64,000 nucleotides of DNA from the human T2T-CHM13v2.0 reference genome, Homo sapiens. The translations under genes and the position numbers were made by a program. The stretch lies in NCBI RefSeq assembly GCF_009914755.1, contig NC_060935.1. One strand, given 5' to 3'. The notes below the pieces were generated by a model, which worked only from the letters and a program-made list of their open reading frames with translations, did not search any database and was not told where the DNA came from. Positions 1 through 16,632 of the stretch are shown one piece after another (the first letter of the stretch is position 1; every line of letters starts with the position of its first letter).

Positions 1-889
<889 letters not shown>

Positions 890-2729
890 TCACATATTCC
901 ACAACCAGCAGCATGCTAAATACTATAGGAGTTAACAAAAAAATCATTAAGACATAACCCCATCCTCTAAGAAATACAATGTTTGTAGAAATAGGGTAAG
1001 AAATACACTGTAATTGTGTATAATTTAGATGTTGATCAGTATTTTAGTAACACTTTATAATACTTTTCGATCATTAAATTTTGAATTTCTTGTAAATTTT
1101 CAACAGAGTATCTGTTTTGCATTCCTTACTTGGTGGAGGTAGAATGAGAGCCAATGATTCTTCACCATCACACAGCCGGTTATCAAGATAGGTAAGCCAA
1201 AAGCTTAAGTCTCTTGATTCATAGGCAGAATGCTTTCATTTATACTGTTCTGAGATATAATTTAGCACCAAAAATCTATTGTAAATGCTATTGTTAATAA
1301 TAATAAAAACTGACCAATGAATGAAATTCTGTTCTCTAGCACAGTTATATATATTTTAATAAAACATATATAAAATATATAAAATATATAATATATACAT
1401 TGTAATAAAACAAAACCTTACTCTAAGAGAAAGATTATGGCCATCCTTATTAGAATTTTTAAATAATGAAAGTCTTTCTACAAGAGTAGGATATTCTAAA
1501 GAATGGAGACTACATCATATTCTTCATTTTATCCTCAGTACATGGCACTTAGTAAGAGGTAAATATTTATTAAAGACCACTGCACTTTTCTGTAAGCCTG
1601 GCTGATTCCTTATGAAATTCAAACACTCAAAGTGTTCATATGCTTTCATCAATAAATATAATTAGTCTGACACTCTAAAAGAAAATGTGCTAGCTTAGTT
1701 ATTTAGGCAAAATATTTCTTCCATGAATTAACAGAGTTAATGCTAAATATGCTTTGCTATTGGTAATTTAGAAGGTTGATTTTATCAATAGGTGAAATAG
1801 GTATGCTAGAGTCTTGTGATTTCATCTGCCTAATATTGAAGTATGCTTGGAATTTCAACAACAAAGAATTACTCTGTGGATAAAAGATATCTACTTCTGC
1901 CCAAAGCAGCATAATAATCCATATCCACCATGCAAACCTCAAGGTTAGATATAAAATCAACTTGATTTTGATAATTAACCAAATCCATATAAGAAAGTAT
2001 ATACATTTTGGAGACCTTTATTCTGTTTGCTGCTCTTCTTGTACTAGCTGTTATCTTAAATTAGTAATTTCACATTTTTGAGAAAGAGTTTCCATATAAA
2101 ACATAAAACAATATATAAATCATATATAAAGAATTTTATAAAGAGCAGATGAAAAATCATGATCTGTATAAAACATAGTTGATCAATGATGGTAAAGGGA
2201 CGTAAAAAGCACAAACTGTGGCTATGTCAGATAAAGCATTTTTCCTTCATGAAAAAGGTTGAGGTCTATATTTGAGTGACTCATTGGTACACTTGGGGGA
2301 TGGAAAAAAAATGGCCTTATGACATTACACAATTTTTTTAACATCTCTGAGCTACACCGTAAAAAAAAAAACTTGTGACATTTAATTTTCATAATGCATG
2401 TAAGTAAACAAACAGAACAAAAATTGATACAGAGCTAGTAAATTGGTCTTCATTTTTGTTTTTAAATTTTAGATCTACAAAGTGGTAGTAATTTATAATT
2501 CAAATAAAATTAGTACTCTGAGATTGAAAATAATTTACCTCATTTTTCTGTCTCTCTACTGAACATGAGACACTGTATATCATATCAGTTAATGTGTTTG
2601 CATAGTATTGATCCAGTGAATTTTGATACTGACAAGCAATTATAATACAAGATTTAAAAATAATTAGGTTCTCAGAAAATCAATCCTATTATAATTTTAG
2701 AGAACATTTTTGATCAAAGATTTCTGAAT

Positions 2730-2802
2730 TTATTTAAGTAAAAAGTTATTTAAATAAAAAGTTAAGTAAAAAGTTATTTAAGTAAATTGTTATTTAAGTA
2801 AA
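2730..2802. repeat. AT-rich ~16-bp tandem repeat (TTATTTAAGTAAAAAG-like, ~4.5 degenerate copies)
   Basis: Visible directly in the sequence. Confidence 0.7.
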
Positions 2803-3976
2803 ACAATAAAATAATTTATATTATTAATATTTTATAGAAAACACAGAAACAGAATGTTGAAATGTACAATACATTCTTTTAAAAAATCACATTTAGTTAT
2901 TCAAATACAATTTGAGTTTATATGTGTGCTCCTATTTACTCAACAGCAATTTAAAATATTAGATAAATTTACTTTTATTAATTATGTATCAATTTATCAA
3001 GGAAATATGTAAAGAACAAATAATTTGGGGTCAGATAAAAAGGTTTTTAATTCTGCCTTATTTATTTCATGCCGTGTGCACCTTGGATAAGTTACCTACC
3101 TTTAAAAAAAAATAATTCTAACTTGTAGAGTTAGGGATACCAAATCCTTAAAATCTAAATTTTAGTTATGAGATACAGGGAATTAAAGAAAATATTCTGC
3201 ACAGCACCTATCACAGAAGGGGCAATGATCACAAATATTATGATGATTATAATATAATATTCTTTTATAAAATATTACAAACTATGCTGTCCAATGTAAA
3301 AAGTAATGAACAATAAGTACACTTTTAAATATTCCATATTTATATAGTCTTTAAACCTCAAAAATAACATTTTTGTTCCTTATTTTCTGGAAAAAAAAAA
3401 CCTGCTGTATATTTCTATTCATCTGGAATACACCAGTTTGTATTTAACTGAATGGAACTTGCAAGCAAAATATATAGGAAAGATTTGAATTAGAAATAAA
3501 ATAATTATGGTAATGTTCTATTTACCCTTATTGATAAGGGTACTAAATAATTAACTCTTTTATATATAAGATAAAGTGAAGAGTTAAAAATATAGTGAGG
3601 CATTGGTCTGCTAGGAATAGAAGAAGGGTCATGAAGGTACAACATTTAGGATTAAATTTGTTCTGGGTATTTGCCAATCCATAAGAAGTGGCTGAAAGGT
3701 TGGATTGTACTTTGGACAGCCTCATAATACTAAGAAAAAAAAAAGTAAATGCAGTAGACTTTGGTAACCACTCCCTTCCTGCAACACAAAGAATTCCAAT
3801 CTAAGAGTAAAGCTGAATGTAATAAACTTGACATCCCTACGTAGTGGAGTCTATCATAAAATAATATGAATAGTCTGGACAATTCCAAACCATGCAATTG
3901 AATTAAGGTAATTAATGATTGCTAAAGTCTACAGATAACAGGCAGAAGTAAATTACAAACAATTTCTGGAGTAAAA

Positions 3977-4222
3977 AATCCATTACAGATAACATAATCC
4001 TCATCCTCAAATTTACCTCTGCAAGTACTTTTTCAGTGACAGTATACTACAAACACAATCCCATTACAGATAACATAATCCTCATCCTCAAATTTACCTC
4101 TGCAAGTACTTTTTCAATGACAGTATACTACAAACACAATCTCATTGCAGATAACGTAATCCTCATCCTCAAATTTACCTCTGCGAGTACTTTTTCCGTG
4201 ACAATATACTACAAACACAATC
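3977..4222. repeat. 81-bp tandem repeat, 3 copies
   Basis: Unit cattacagataacataatcctcatcctcaaatttacctctgcaagtactttttcagtgacagtatactacaaacacaatcc starts at 3981, 4062 and 4143. Confidence 0.95.
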
Positions 4223-4357
4223 AAATGTAAAGAGGAAAAGAAGGTGGCAAAATGATATGAGCAGGAATTTCAAAAATAAGAATAAAGAGAACAGCTCAAA
4301 AGAAATTACAAATATTGGAACTATCAGACAGAGACTGAAGATAACATTATTTATTTC

Positions 4358-4646
<289 letters not shown>

Positions 4647-5699
4647 TTATTTATTTCTACATTCAAGGAGATAAAAACTAAGATGCAATAATTGGATAGA
4701 GTACCAAAAACAATAAAAAGAGACTTAGCATATTGAAAAATACATAGATTATTGCAATGGATAACATAACAATCTAAAACAAAGACTCAATGGACATACT
4801 CAAAAGCATATTATACAAAGCAAAGGAGAAACAATACATTTGACATTTGGCCAGAACAAACAAAATAGAATGCAACATTTAGAGATAAAAGTTCGGAAAT
4901 TTTTATATAGGAGAAAAGAAACAAATAGCATATTGGTGAATCTCTAGCATATGATTAATTCAAGTCCCAGAAATGAGGAGTATATTGATGAGACAGAAGT
5001 AATACAAAAGGTAACATATGAAAATTTTCTAAAATGCATGAATATGACTAGCCCATTTTTTCAAGATTTTTTTTTTACTGCTAAGTAGAGTGGATACAAA
5101 AGACAATCTACACATCAACCATCAAAATAAAACTAAAGAAAACTGGTCAAGTAAAAACATGAAAGAGCTCTTATTTTCAAATTAGTAATAGTGACATTTA
5201 CAGATGATTTCTCAACAGTGGTGGAAGCCAAAATATAGTGACAAGATATCATCATTTGTGAAAAAGAAAATAACTGCCAATTCAGAATTCTATGCCAAAG
5301 AAAATTATGATTGAAGATATGCTGTTGAAATAAATACATTTTTAGGAAAACAAAAACAAATAATTTACTATCAGTAGAAGTAAAATAAGAGGGATTCTTA
5401 GGAATATTCTTGAAAATAAAGGAAAATTATGCCAAATGGATTTTGGAAGTGTGTAAAGAATAAAACATAATGAAAACATATATAGTGGAGTGAACTTAAG
5501 TAAACACTGACTTTATAAAATACTACTAATAATGCAGAAAAAATATTATAAATTATTAGGTATATTTAGAATTATAGGCTCTAAATACTTCATTTTCCTT
5601 GAACAATTTCAAAATGTCAATATTAGGCTTTGATAATTTGCATATTTGTTTTCATTTTCAAAATAGCTACTAAGTTTAAGAAGTTATTATACTCAAAAC

Positions 5700-7476
5700 T
5701 TTTAGAAAGAAATATCATCGACCTGAATAGCATTATCACTCAGCTTTACCTCATTGACATTTACAGAATACTCCATACAACATTATTAGAATATACATGA
5801 TTTTCAAAGTTCACATGGAATGTTAACCAAAATAGATCACATTCCAGACCGTAAAACATATCATAATAAATGTAAGTTAATAAAAATATTATACAATATG
5901 TTCTCAGACCACAATGGAAATAAGCTAGAAATCAATACTAGAAAGATAACTAGAAAATTCTAAAGTACATGGAAATTAAACAACACACCTTTAAATGACA
6001 CAATTATCAAATAAAATGTGTCAAAAATAAATTTCACAAATATTTTGAAGTACATGAAAATGAAATACAACATATCAAGTTATGTTGATATAACAAAATC
6101 TTTAGTAATAATTTTATAGTATTAAATCAATATTAGTAAAATGAATAAATACCTGAAAACAGTGATCTAAGCCTCCATCTCAGGAAACTAGAGAAAGAGC
6201 AACTTTAGCCTAAAGCTTGCAGAAGTAAAGAAGTGGTAAAAACAAAAGTGAAATCAATAAAATTGGAAAAGTGTAACAATAATCAGCAAAATTAATAGGT
6301 AGTTCTTAGTAAAGATCATTAACGGTGACAAACTTCTAGCCAAGTTAACCAAGGACAAAAGAGAGAAGACACAAATTACTAATAACATAAATAAAAGAGG
6401 GGTCAGCATTACTGATCCTATGGACATTAAAAAAATAAAGGAATATTATGAACAACTCTTTTTTCACAAATTTGATAACTTAGACAAAAATGACCACCTC
6501 CTTGAAAGACACAAATTTCCAAAACTTACAGAAAGATAAAGAGATTGCCTAAATAGGCCTGTATCTATTAAAGAAATTGAGTCAAAAAGTAATAACCTTC
6601 CAAAAAAGAAAGCAACAAGCCTAGAAAATTTATTAGTGAATTCTACCAAACATTTAAGAAAGAAAAGACACAAATTCTCTACAATCTCTTCCAGAAAACA
6701 GAGATGGAGGAAACATTTCCTACATATCCTCAAGGATAGAATTATTCTAATACCACAACAGATAAAGACATTACAAGAAAGAAAAACAACAGACCATATC
6801 TCTCATGAATGTAGATGCAAAATCCTCAATAAATGTTAGCATATCAAATCAAACAAAATATAAAAATAAAGTACAACCTAGTAGCATTTATCCAATTATA
6901 CACAGATAGGTCAATATTTGAAAATATGCTAAGATAATTACCTCTCTAGAAGAGGTAATATGAATACACTCTTCTTAAACGTGAACTGTGCACAGTGACT
7001 TTTTTCCAAAGAATAAAGTGTAGAAAGGGAGAGGGGAAGTGTCACTTCAGAGTATAGAAAGATAACAAACAGTATCTCAGCAAGGTGATGAGGGTCATTA
7101 TCAAGAGTCATACATCATGTAGGTGAAAATGGCACTTTACTTCTGGGATCTTCTTTCCTCCAATTCATAACCTCTGTCTAATCGTGAGAAAAACATCAGG
7201 TGAATTTTTTAGAGAGGGGCGTCCTACAAAATGCATACCGAGGTCATTAGAAACAAGGAAAGTCTCAGAAACTGTCACAGGCAAGAGGAATCTAAAGGGA
7301 GATGACAACTAAATATAAGGTAGTATTCTGGATGAGGTCCTGGAACAACAACAACAACAATAACGAATTACATAAAGAATCTGAACTATGGACTTTAGCT
7401 AATAACAATGTATCAAATATAGGCCCATAACTTAACAAATAATTGTATGATACTAATGTGAGTTGTTGATAATAGG
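5700..7476 (+). mobile_element. L1MC/MD-like fragment: degenerate ORF2 joined to a 3'UTR segment (~6960-7476)
   Basis: gacctgaatagcattatcactcagctttacctcattgacatttacagaatactccat resembles the L1 ORF2 endonuclease region. gatgcaaaatcctcaataaatgttagc resembles the start of RT. Many stops. Confidence 0.8.
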
Positions 7477-8237
7477 ATTTGAAAATATTTTTCTCATTCC
7501 ATAGGTAGATTTTTTATTCTGTTAATTGCTTCCTTTGCTGTCCTGATTTTTAGCTTAATTTAGTTCCACTTGTTTATTTTTGGCTTTGTTACCTGTGTAC
7601 TTTTGGTATCATATTCATAAAATCATTGCCAACGTCAGCATCATTAAGTTTTTTTCCCAGTTTTTTAGGAGTGTCATAGTTTTGGCTCTTACCTTTAAGT
7701 TTTAGTCTAATTTGAGTTGATTATTCTGTATGGTATAAGATATAGAATGGGATACTTTTTTTTTTTTTGCAAACCACACATCTGATAAATGGCTAATACC
7801 CAAAATATATGAAGAACTCTTATAACTCAACAGTAGCAAAGCTAATACTCTGATTTTAAAAATAAGCTATCAACTTGGAAATACATTTCTCCAAAGAAGA
7901 CATAAAAATGGATAACACATATGAGAAAATATTCAATGATATTAATCGTCAGAGAAATGCAAACCAAAACCACAATGAGATATCTTCTCAATCTGTTGGG
8001 ATGGCTATTGTCAATCTCAAAAAAAAAAAAAAAATGCAATATGTGTTGGGAAAGATGTGGAGAAATCAGAACTCTTGCACACTATTGGTGCAAATGCAAA
8101 ATGCTGCAGCCACTATGGAAAACAGTATGGGTGTTCCTCAAAAATTAAAAATAGAGCTACCCTATGATCCAGCAACCCCACTTCTAGGTATTTATTTAAA
8201 AGAACTGAAATCAGGATCTCAAAGTGATACATGCATG
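7477..8237. mobile_element. L1MA-like ORF2 3' fragment with an inverted 5' part (7477-7742 minus, 7741-8237 plus)
   Basis: An antisense L1 ORF2 block abuts the contiguous downstream sense block (HFSKEDI.M, KLKIELPYDPA.PLLGIY.KE). Confidence 0.8.
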
Positions 8238-8239
8238 TA

Positions 8240-9815
<1,576 letters not shown>

Positions 9816-9938
9816 AATTACAGCTTCTACAATTGCACATAATTGTGTTTGTGTCTGTGGTATGTTTCAAGCTGTCACAGGCAGCAGGTTGAATAAATAA
9901 ATCGATAAATCATGAGGTAAATTAACAATACATCATGA

Positions 9939-10303
<365 letters not shown>

Positions 10304-10369
10304 TTTCTGATAGCTTTTATAGGGTAAATGAACAAATTGAATTCGAGTCATCGATAATGCATATCCTCT

Positions 10370-11915
10370 CTTATCAGACATGTTTGTTTTCACTACCCAG
10401 AGAATGCTGTTCACACTTACCAACTCCTGCCTCCTCAACAAGGTTCCTTTCCTCTGTGCTCTGATTTCAATTAATGGCAAAACAACATGTTCCTAAGCTT
10501 CAGTTACTTAAACATAGGCATTTTTTACTTCTCAGAGCTTAGTGCCCTTGTAGTGATAATAGGTACGAAGTAGCATTTGGTTTTCCTTCATATCGTCTAT
10601 GGAATATTATTGCCCTCCTTTATACTCCAATAGCCATTACTCAAGTTCTCGTCACTTCTTATTTTCTACAGTGGCTTCAATTACTGATTTTAAGCCCTCT
10701 ATACTGTATATATAAATATTCCACATGCTGATGTAAAATGATTTTATTAATATTAATAATATTTATTAAGGTTTTATATGCCAATCTCTAAGCTAAATAT
10801 TTTTAATCTTCATCTTATTGAATATTCATTTAGTTCTTGTATCATCCCAATGATGTCATTTTCTGTATTTTCAATGAAGAAAATAGGTAAATACATATTA
10901 AGTAGATTGTCAAATTACACAGCTGGTAAGTAAAGGGTTGGGACTGAAACCCAAATCTCATGCTCTAAATAGTGCATTTTCTCCTTGCTTACAAAATAAG
11001 GTATAATCAAATAAAAAGTTCTCATGTCACCAGCGTTGTCAGGCTTTCAAAATTCTCTGCAATCTGACTCCAGTCTATAATTTCAGTCCTATCTCCAACT
11101 GTCTCCATTCACATAGTCTCATTATTTCCAATCCCAGTCACATCTTCCTCTGTGTTTTTGCAACAATTATTCTTTTGACCTGTGCATCTCATCTCAAGTC
11201 TCCAATTAAAATATCACCTTTCTGTCAAGGCCCTACATACATATAACCTCCTCCATGAAGCTTTCACTAACCTATCAGTAAGAATTATCCCTCCTTGTAC
11301 TGTCCTTCCATAGGACTCTACTAAGGCCTCTATGAATATTCTGTTTAAATTTGTTTTATGATTTATGCACATATCATCACCTGTACTGTCAAAACATGGT
11401 CTGAATGTCAAAAGCCATCATAATCTATCCCTGCATGCTCCTCCTGCCTCCTCCTACACCGTACACCCATTCATTCTAACAAATAACAACCATTGGTTTA
11501 TTGATAATCCTCCCAGGCAGGTGTTTTTACCACTGGTCCTTACTTTGCTTTAAATGTACTCCACCAACCATCATCCTCTATTTCTATCTTCCCCACTCCT
11601 GTGTGGATTCCTAGTTCTACTTCAATCAGGAATCCAGCTATTTTCAGGGTAGCCTTCTTTTTCATCCCAAACCCCAGCACTTCAGCCTCTCCCCACCTTC
11701 ACTTGCTATATACTTGCACAAGACTTTGCATTATTTCTTCATTGATTTTTATCACAACTTGTATCTATTACACTAATTTGTGAAATTGTTTCTTTCTCCA
11801 TCTCTAAACTTTAGCTGCATAAGAATAAAGACCACATTTTTTCCCTTTTGTTTGTAATGGAATCCTCAGTGCCTAGCCCATGTCAGGAACATAATAATCA
11901 ATACATTTATTTATT
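10370..11915. mobile_element. Degenerate L2 and MIR fragments
   Basis: MIR core-like segment at ~10770-10970; L2 3'-end-like cctcagtgcctagcccatgtcaggaacataataatcaatacattt at ~11865-11910. Confidence 0.5.
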
Positions 11916-12154
11916 TATTTATTTATTTATTTTTGAATGGACAGTTTCTTGTCGATTCTGGGCAATGTCATCTTCAGTACTCCGCTCAGATGTCGGGATT
12001 TTCAAATTGACTTTCATAATAAGAGGATTACACTGTGTGAAATTTCACCTAAGGAATAAGCAGAACAGAACCATTTCATCACAGATTTAAAACTGATTTG
12101 ATCTCAGTTCCTTTCTAAGTAATGGAAAATAGTAGGCTTATCTAAATGGAATAG

Positions 12155-12618
<464 letters not shown>

Positions 12619-13118
12619 TCTCCATAAATGTTTGTCTTCATTTCATATATTTGTGAATATCTGCCTGTTTCTTTCCTGTCAGTTACTTAGCTCAATAATC
12701 TTAATTGCATGGTCATAATTTTAATACTTACAATGCCTAACTTGCAGGCCCTGCTCATAAGTTATAGAATTTGTACCCCTGACACACTTATATTAATACC
12801 TTTTCTCCATCCTGGTTTTTCCATCTGTCTCTATCACCTGTCTTTTTCTTTTTTGCTCTTCTATCTTGTCTGCCAGCTGGTGTTTACCTAATGATTTTCA
12901 GTCTTTGCTGCCTTTCCAAATAATATATATATGTCTCTTTGCTAGTGAATTGCCCAGCTGTGGATTTCTAAATAGCTGTAGCCTAGTCATGGGAATTTTA
13001 ACTTGAGGCTCCAGAGTAAAACTTGGCAGTAGAACCATATATCCTTAGAATGTCCTTGGATACTGTTTCAGATACACTGAGGATCCTTGGACAGGGTTCT
13101 CTCTCACTATTCCAACTT

Positions 13119-13120
<2 letters not shown>

Positions 13121-13159
<39 letters not shown>
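13121..13159. repeat. (GT)n microsatellite
   Basis: Pure dinucleotide run. Confidence 0.95.
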
Positions 13160-13160
<1 letters not shown>

Positions 13161-13808
13161 TCTTTTTTATTATATATTTATATATTTTTTATTATATATT
13201 TATCTGATAGCTCCTTTCTCAAATTAGACAAACTCTATGTACCTGGAGCCTGTGCCGTTTTGCCCATTTTCTCTCTTTTTGATTCTTAAGGAACTATGTT
13301 TCCTGCACTGATATAAAGAGATCCAAACAACACTACATTAATTTCAGAATTGGATTGATTTTTACATTTTCAAAAAATATGATTAGCCATTGTAATGACT
13401 GCAGATCCTTCTAAGATTCAAAGTTACTAGAGCCTAAAGAATATGATGAGAAAATAAATGCATTCTTATCTCCTAGAAAAGCACCAACAATTAAAGCTTA
13501 TGACCAGATCCTGAGTTTGGAACATAATCACAATTCCGGGAAAATGAAAGAAAATATGATGCAAATGTAAACTAACAAAAATTACGTGTGGCTTCTAACA
13601 CAGTCAATCTCATAGTCAAGGAGTGTCAAAGACAGGAAGTTTGCCATTTATGTAAGAATTAAGCTAAAATACAGATTTGTGAGAAGTAATAATTACAATG
13701 TGGATGTAAAGAAAGATGGTTACTGTGCCTTTAAAATTGAGAAATAGTTGATTTGCACTGAGCAAACAGGAGTTACTAAGGGCTTTGAAAAATAGGCAAA
13801 TCTCGTAA

Positions 13809-13812
<4 letters not shown>

Positions 13813-13853
<41 letters not shown>
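13813..13853. repeat. (TG)n microsatellite
   Basis: Pure dinucleotide run. Confidence 0.95.
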
Positions 13854-13854
<1 letters not shown>

Positions 13855-14684
13855 CATGTGTCTTTTTTCTCTCAAGCTCTTTTGTTTATATTGAATATAA
13901 TCCTATCAAGATTTCTCTAGCTTTAACATCTAAGAAGCATATTTTCAAAAGCCATTTACCACAAACTAGGAGCTAAACAGTATACCCAAAGAAATTTTCA
14001 TACCAATGTGGCTGATTTCACTTGAGATAAAAGGTAATGTTATTTTAACATTAAACATAACTGCCCATCAAATGTTGTTTTTATAATTTATTGAAATAGT
14101 TTAATATTCTAGCAATACAGATTTCTCTTTTCAGTCTTTTTAATTACTATATTTTCAGTTGAAGTCAGCTGTGGCAGTTAGCTTTATTTTATTTCTGGGT
14201 GTAGTTCCAATTGATATGATTATATCATATCCTACTTACTATTTACTGGAATAAGTTTCTTCCTAGCCATCAATATGTGACTTGTTACAATCATATTCTG
14301 TTATTATTATTAAGTTGCCGTAGAGCATAAATGAATATTGTTTCTGAAAATCTATCTTTGCTTTTTACAATTTTCTCTGAGAAAAGAATTGCAAATATAT
14401 AATTTTATAAATAATCTTCCAAATAAGACAGTTCAGCTAAAATTTAGTTCGAGCTTTCTTAATAATTTCATTGTAGTAGTCTTTTTTCAAGTCTATCTTT
14501 TTCAAAACAATAACTCATACTGGTATAACTTCTGTGAGTAACTTCTAGGTCTACCAAAAATACAAGCAATTGTAATCTCATTTGCTGAATAGTTGTTGCA
14601 GATAAAATATTTACTTATAAGATTTTGCCTTCACTGGGGCAAAGGGACAAGTCTAGAAATAGAGCCTGGCAATAAGACAGATTT

Positions 14685-14687
14685 ATT

Positions 14688-14751
<64 letters not shown>

Positions 14752-15024
14752 TCCTTCTTTCTTTCTTTCTTTCTTTCTCTTTCTTTCTTTCTTTCTCTCT
14801 TTCTTTCTCTTTCTCTCTCTCTCCTCTCTCCTCTCTCTCTCTCCCTCTCTGAGAGAGGGAGAGAGAGAGAGGAGAGAGGAGAGAGAGAGAGAGAGATTGT
14901 ATTTTTAGTAGAGACGGGGTTTCACCGTGTTAGCCAGGATAGTCTCAGTCTCCTGACCTCGTGATCCGCCCGCCTCAGCCTCGCAAAGTGCTGGGATTAC
15001 AGGCGTGAGCCACCGCGCCCCGCC
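14685..15024 (-). mobile_element. AluY with only the left arm (14897-15024) retained; (TTTC)n tail and CT/GA palindrome in place of the right arm
   Basis: TSD aataagacagattt (14671-14684) / aataagaccgattt (15025-15038) brackets the whole unit. Confidence 0.9.
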
Positions 15025-16074
15025 AATAAGACCGATTTCTAAAAAAATGAACTCTCAGGGAATAGCCAGCAGGGAGAAATTCTAGTTGCTTTGTGGGACA
15101 CTGTCAAAGAGAAGAAGAAAGGGAATATTATACCAGTAAGAAATTAAGAGATAGACAAGGGTTTAGGAGGGTTACCAGACAATTTTTATGTTGGAGATCT
15201 CTGACCAAGCATAGGTACTCAATGACTGAGTAATTTTATGGATTAATTAATGTATCATAGTGATGAAAGGGGGGATCTTAGTGCAGGAAGAAACTGGATA
15301 CCAAACAGGTCTCCAGGAATAAGCAAAGATAAGACAAAACCAATCTGTTTCATAAATGATTAATAAGTTGGCTATGCAGCTGTTATGAGGCAGAAATTGG
15401 ATGTTCATCTATATATTGTAACTGTAAATCCCAGGTCACAATCATTTGTATCAGCTGTCTCTACTTGACAGTAATAACAATAACATCAATAGTTAATGAA
15501 AATAAATATTTTAATAGACATTTTATATATTATGTGTGTAATTTCTATAGTGGCTTGGTAAAGTACATAACATTAACTACATTTTAAAGATAGGAAATTT
15601 AGGATTAGAGAAGTTAAAAATTAAATCCATGGCTATTAGATTTCAGAGCCCAAGACTATAACCACTGACATAAATATTCAACTAATAAGTATCTGGACTG
15701 GAACGTGAGTGTGAATGTGTTATAAAAATACAATTCTAATAGTGTCTTTTATCTTACTCTTCCCATGGCTTGAGAAGTACTTTACCTGGCTTTTTAGAGA
15801 CTAGCATCCAAGTCATCACTTCAGTCCCTGACATATAAAGAACCCAAGTAGTCCACCCTCCCTGAGTTTTGTTAAGTATTTTTCACTTATAACACTTTAT
15901 GTCTAACTAAAATATCTTATTTATGAATTATTTACTCATTATTTGTCTTCCTGAACTAAATGTAAGCTCCAAAATAATGACGTCTGTTAGTTCACTATTT
16001 ATGTCTTTATTACCAATCAGCAGCAATTGAGAGTCCTTCAATAAATATTTGTGAAATGAGTAAAAACAAATGAC

Positions 16075-16367
16075 ATGTAGATGTTTATATTCCCCCAAAA
16101 TTCATATGTGAAAACTCTAGCCCCAAAACGGGTGGTATTAGGAAGTGTAGCCTTTGAAAGGTCATTAGATTTAGATGAGGTCTTGAGAGTGGAGCCCTCA
16201 TGAGAAAGAGTTCTAGTCTCTTTCTCTCCACTTTGTGAGGATCCAACAAAAAGACATCTATCTTCAAGCCAAAAAGAATGCCCTCACCAGACAACAGATC
16301 TACCTGCACCTTGATTTTGGACTTCCCAGCTTCCAGAACTGTGAGAAATAAATGTCTTATGTTTAAT
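16075..16367 (+). mobile_element. MaLR LTR (MLT1A-like), 3'-truncated
   Basis: cccccaaaattcatatgtgaaa...ttggacttcccagcttccagaactgtgagaaataaatg are MLT1A/MST hallmarks. Confidence 0.85.
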
Positions 16368-16632
16368 CAGGAAAGAAAGGGAAAGGGAAGGGGAAGAGGA
16401 AGAGAGGGAGAGAGAGAGAGAAAGGAAAGAAAGACAGAAAGAAGAAAGAAAAAGAAAAAGAAAGAAAGAAGGAAAAAGAAAGAAAGAAAAAGAAAGAAAG
16501 AAGGAAAAAGAAAGAAAGAAAAAGAAAGAAAGAAAGAGAAAGAAGAAAGAAAGAAAGACAAAGAAAGAGAAAGGGAAGGAAAGCGGGAGGGAGGATGGAG
16601 GAAGGGAGGAAGGGAGGGAAATGTAGGAAGGC
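16368..16632. repeat. Polypurine GA/GAAA/GGGA low-complexity tract
   Basis: About 260 nt, almost purely A/G. Confidence 0.95.

Noticed and set aside
3977-4222. CRISPR-like array or repeat-protein gene
   Set aside because: Head-to-tail tandem units without unique spacers, no cas genes, eukaryotic context; the ORF has no ATG start or splice support.
14593-14964. F/L/S-rich and E/R/K/G-rich ORFs here and at 16278-16670, 57759-58256 and 59361-59616
   Set aside because: Translations of simple purine/pyrimidine repeats.
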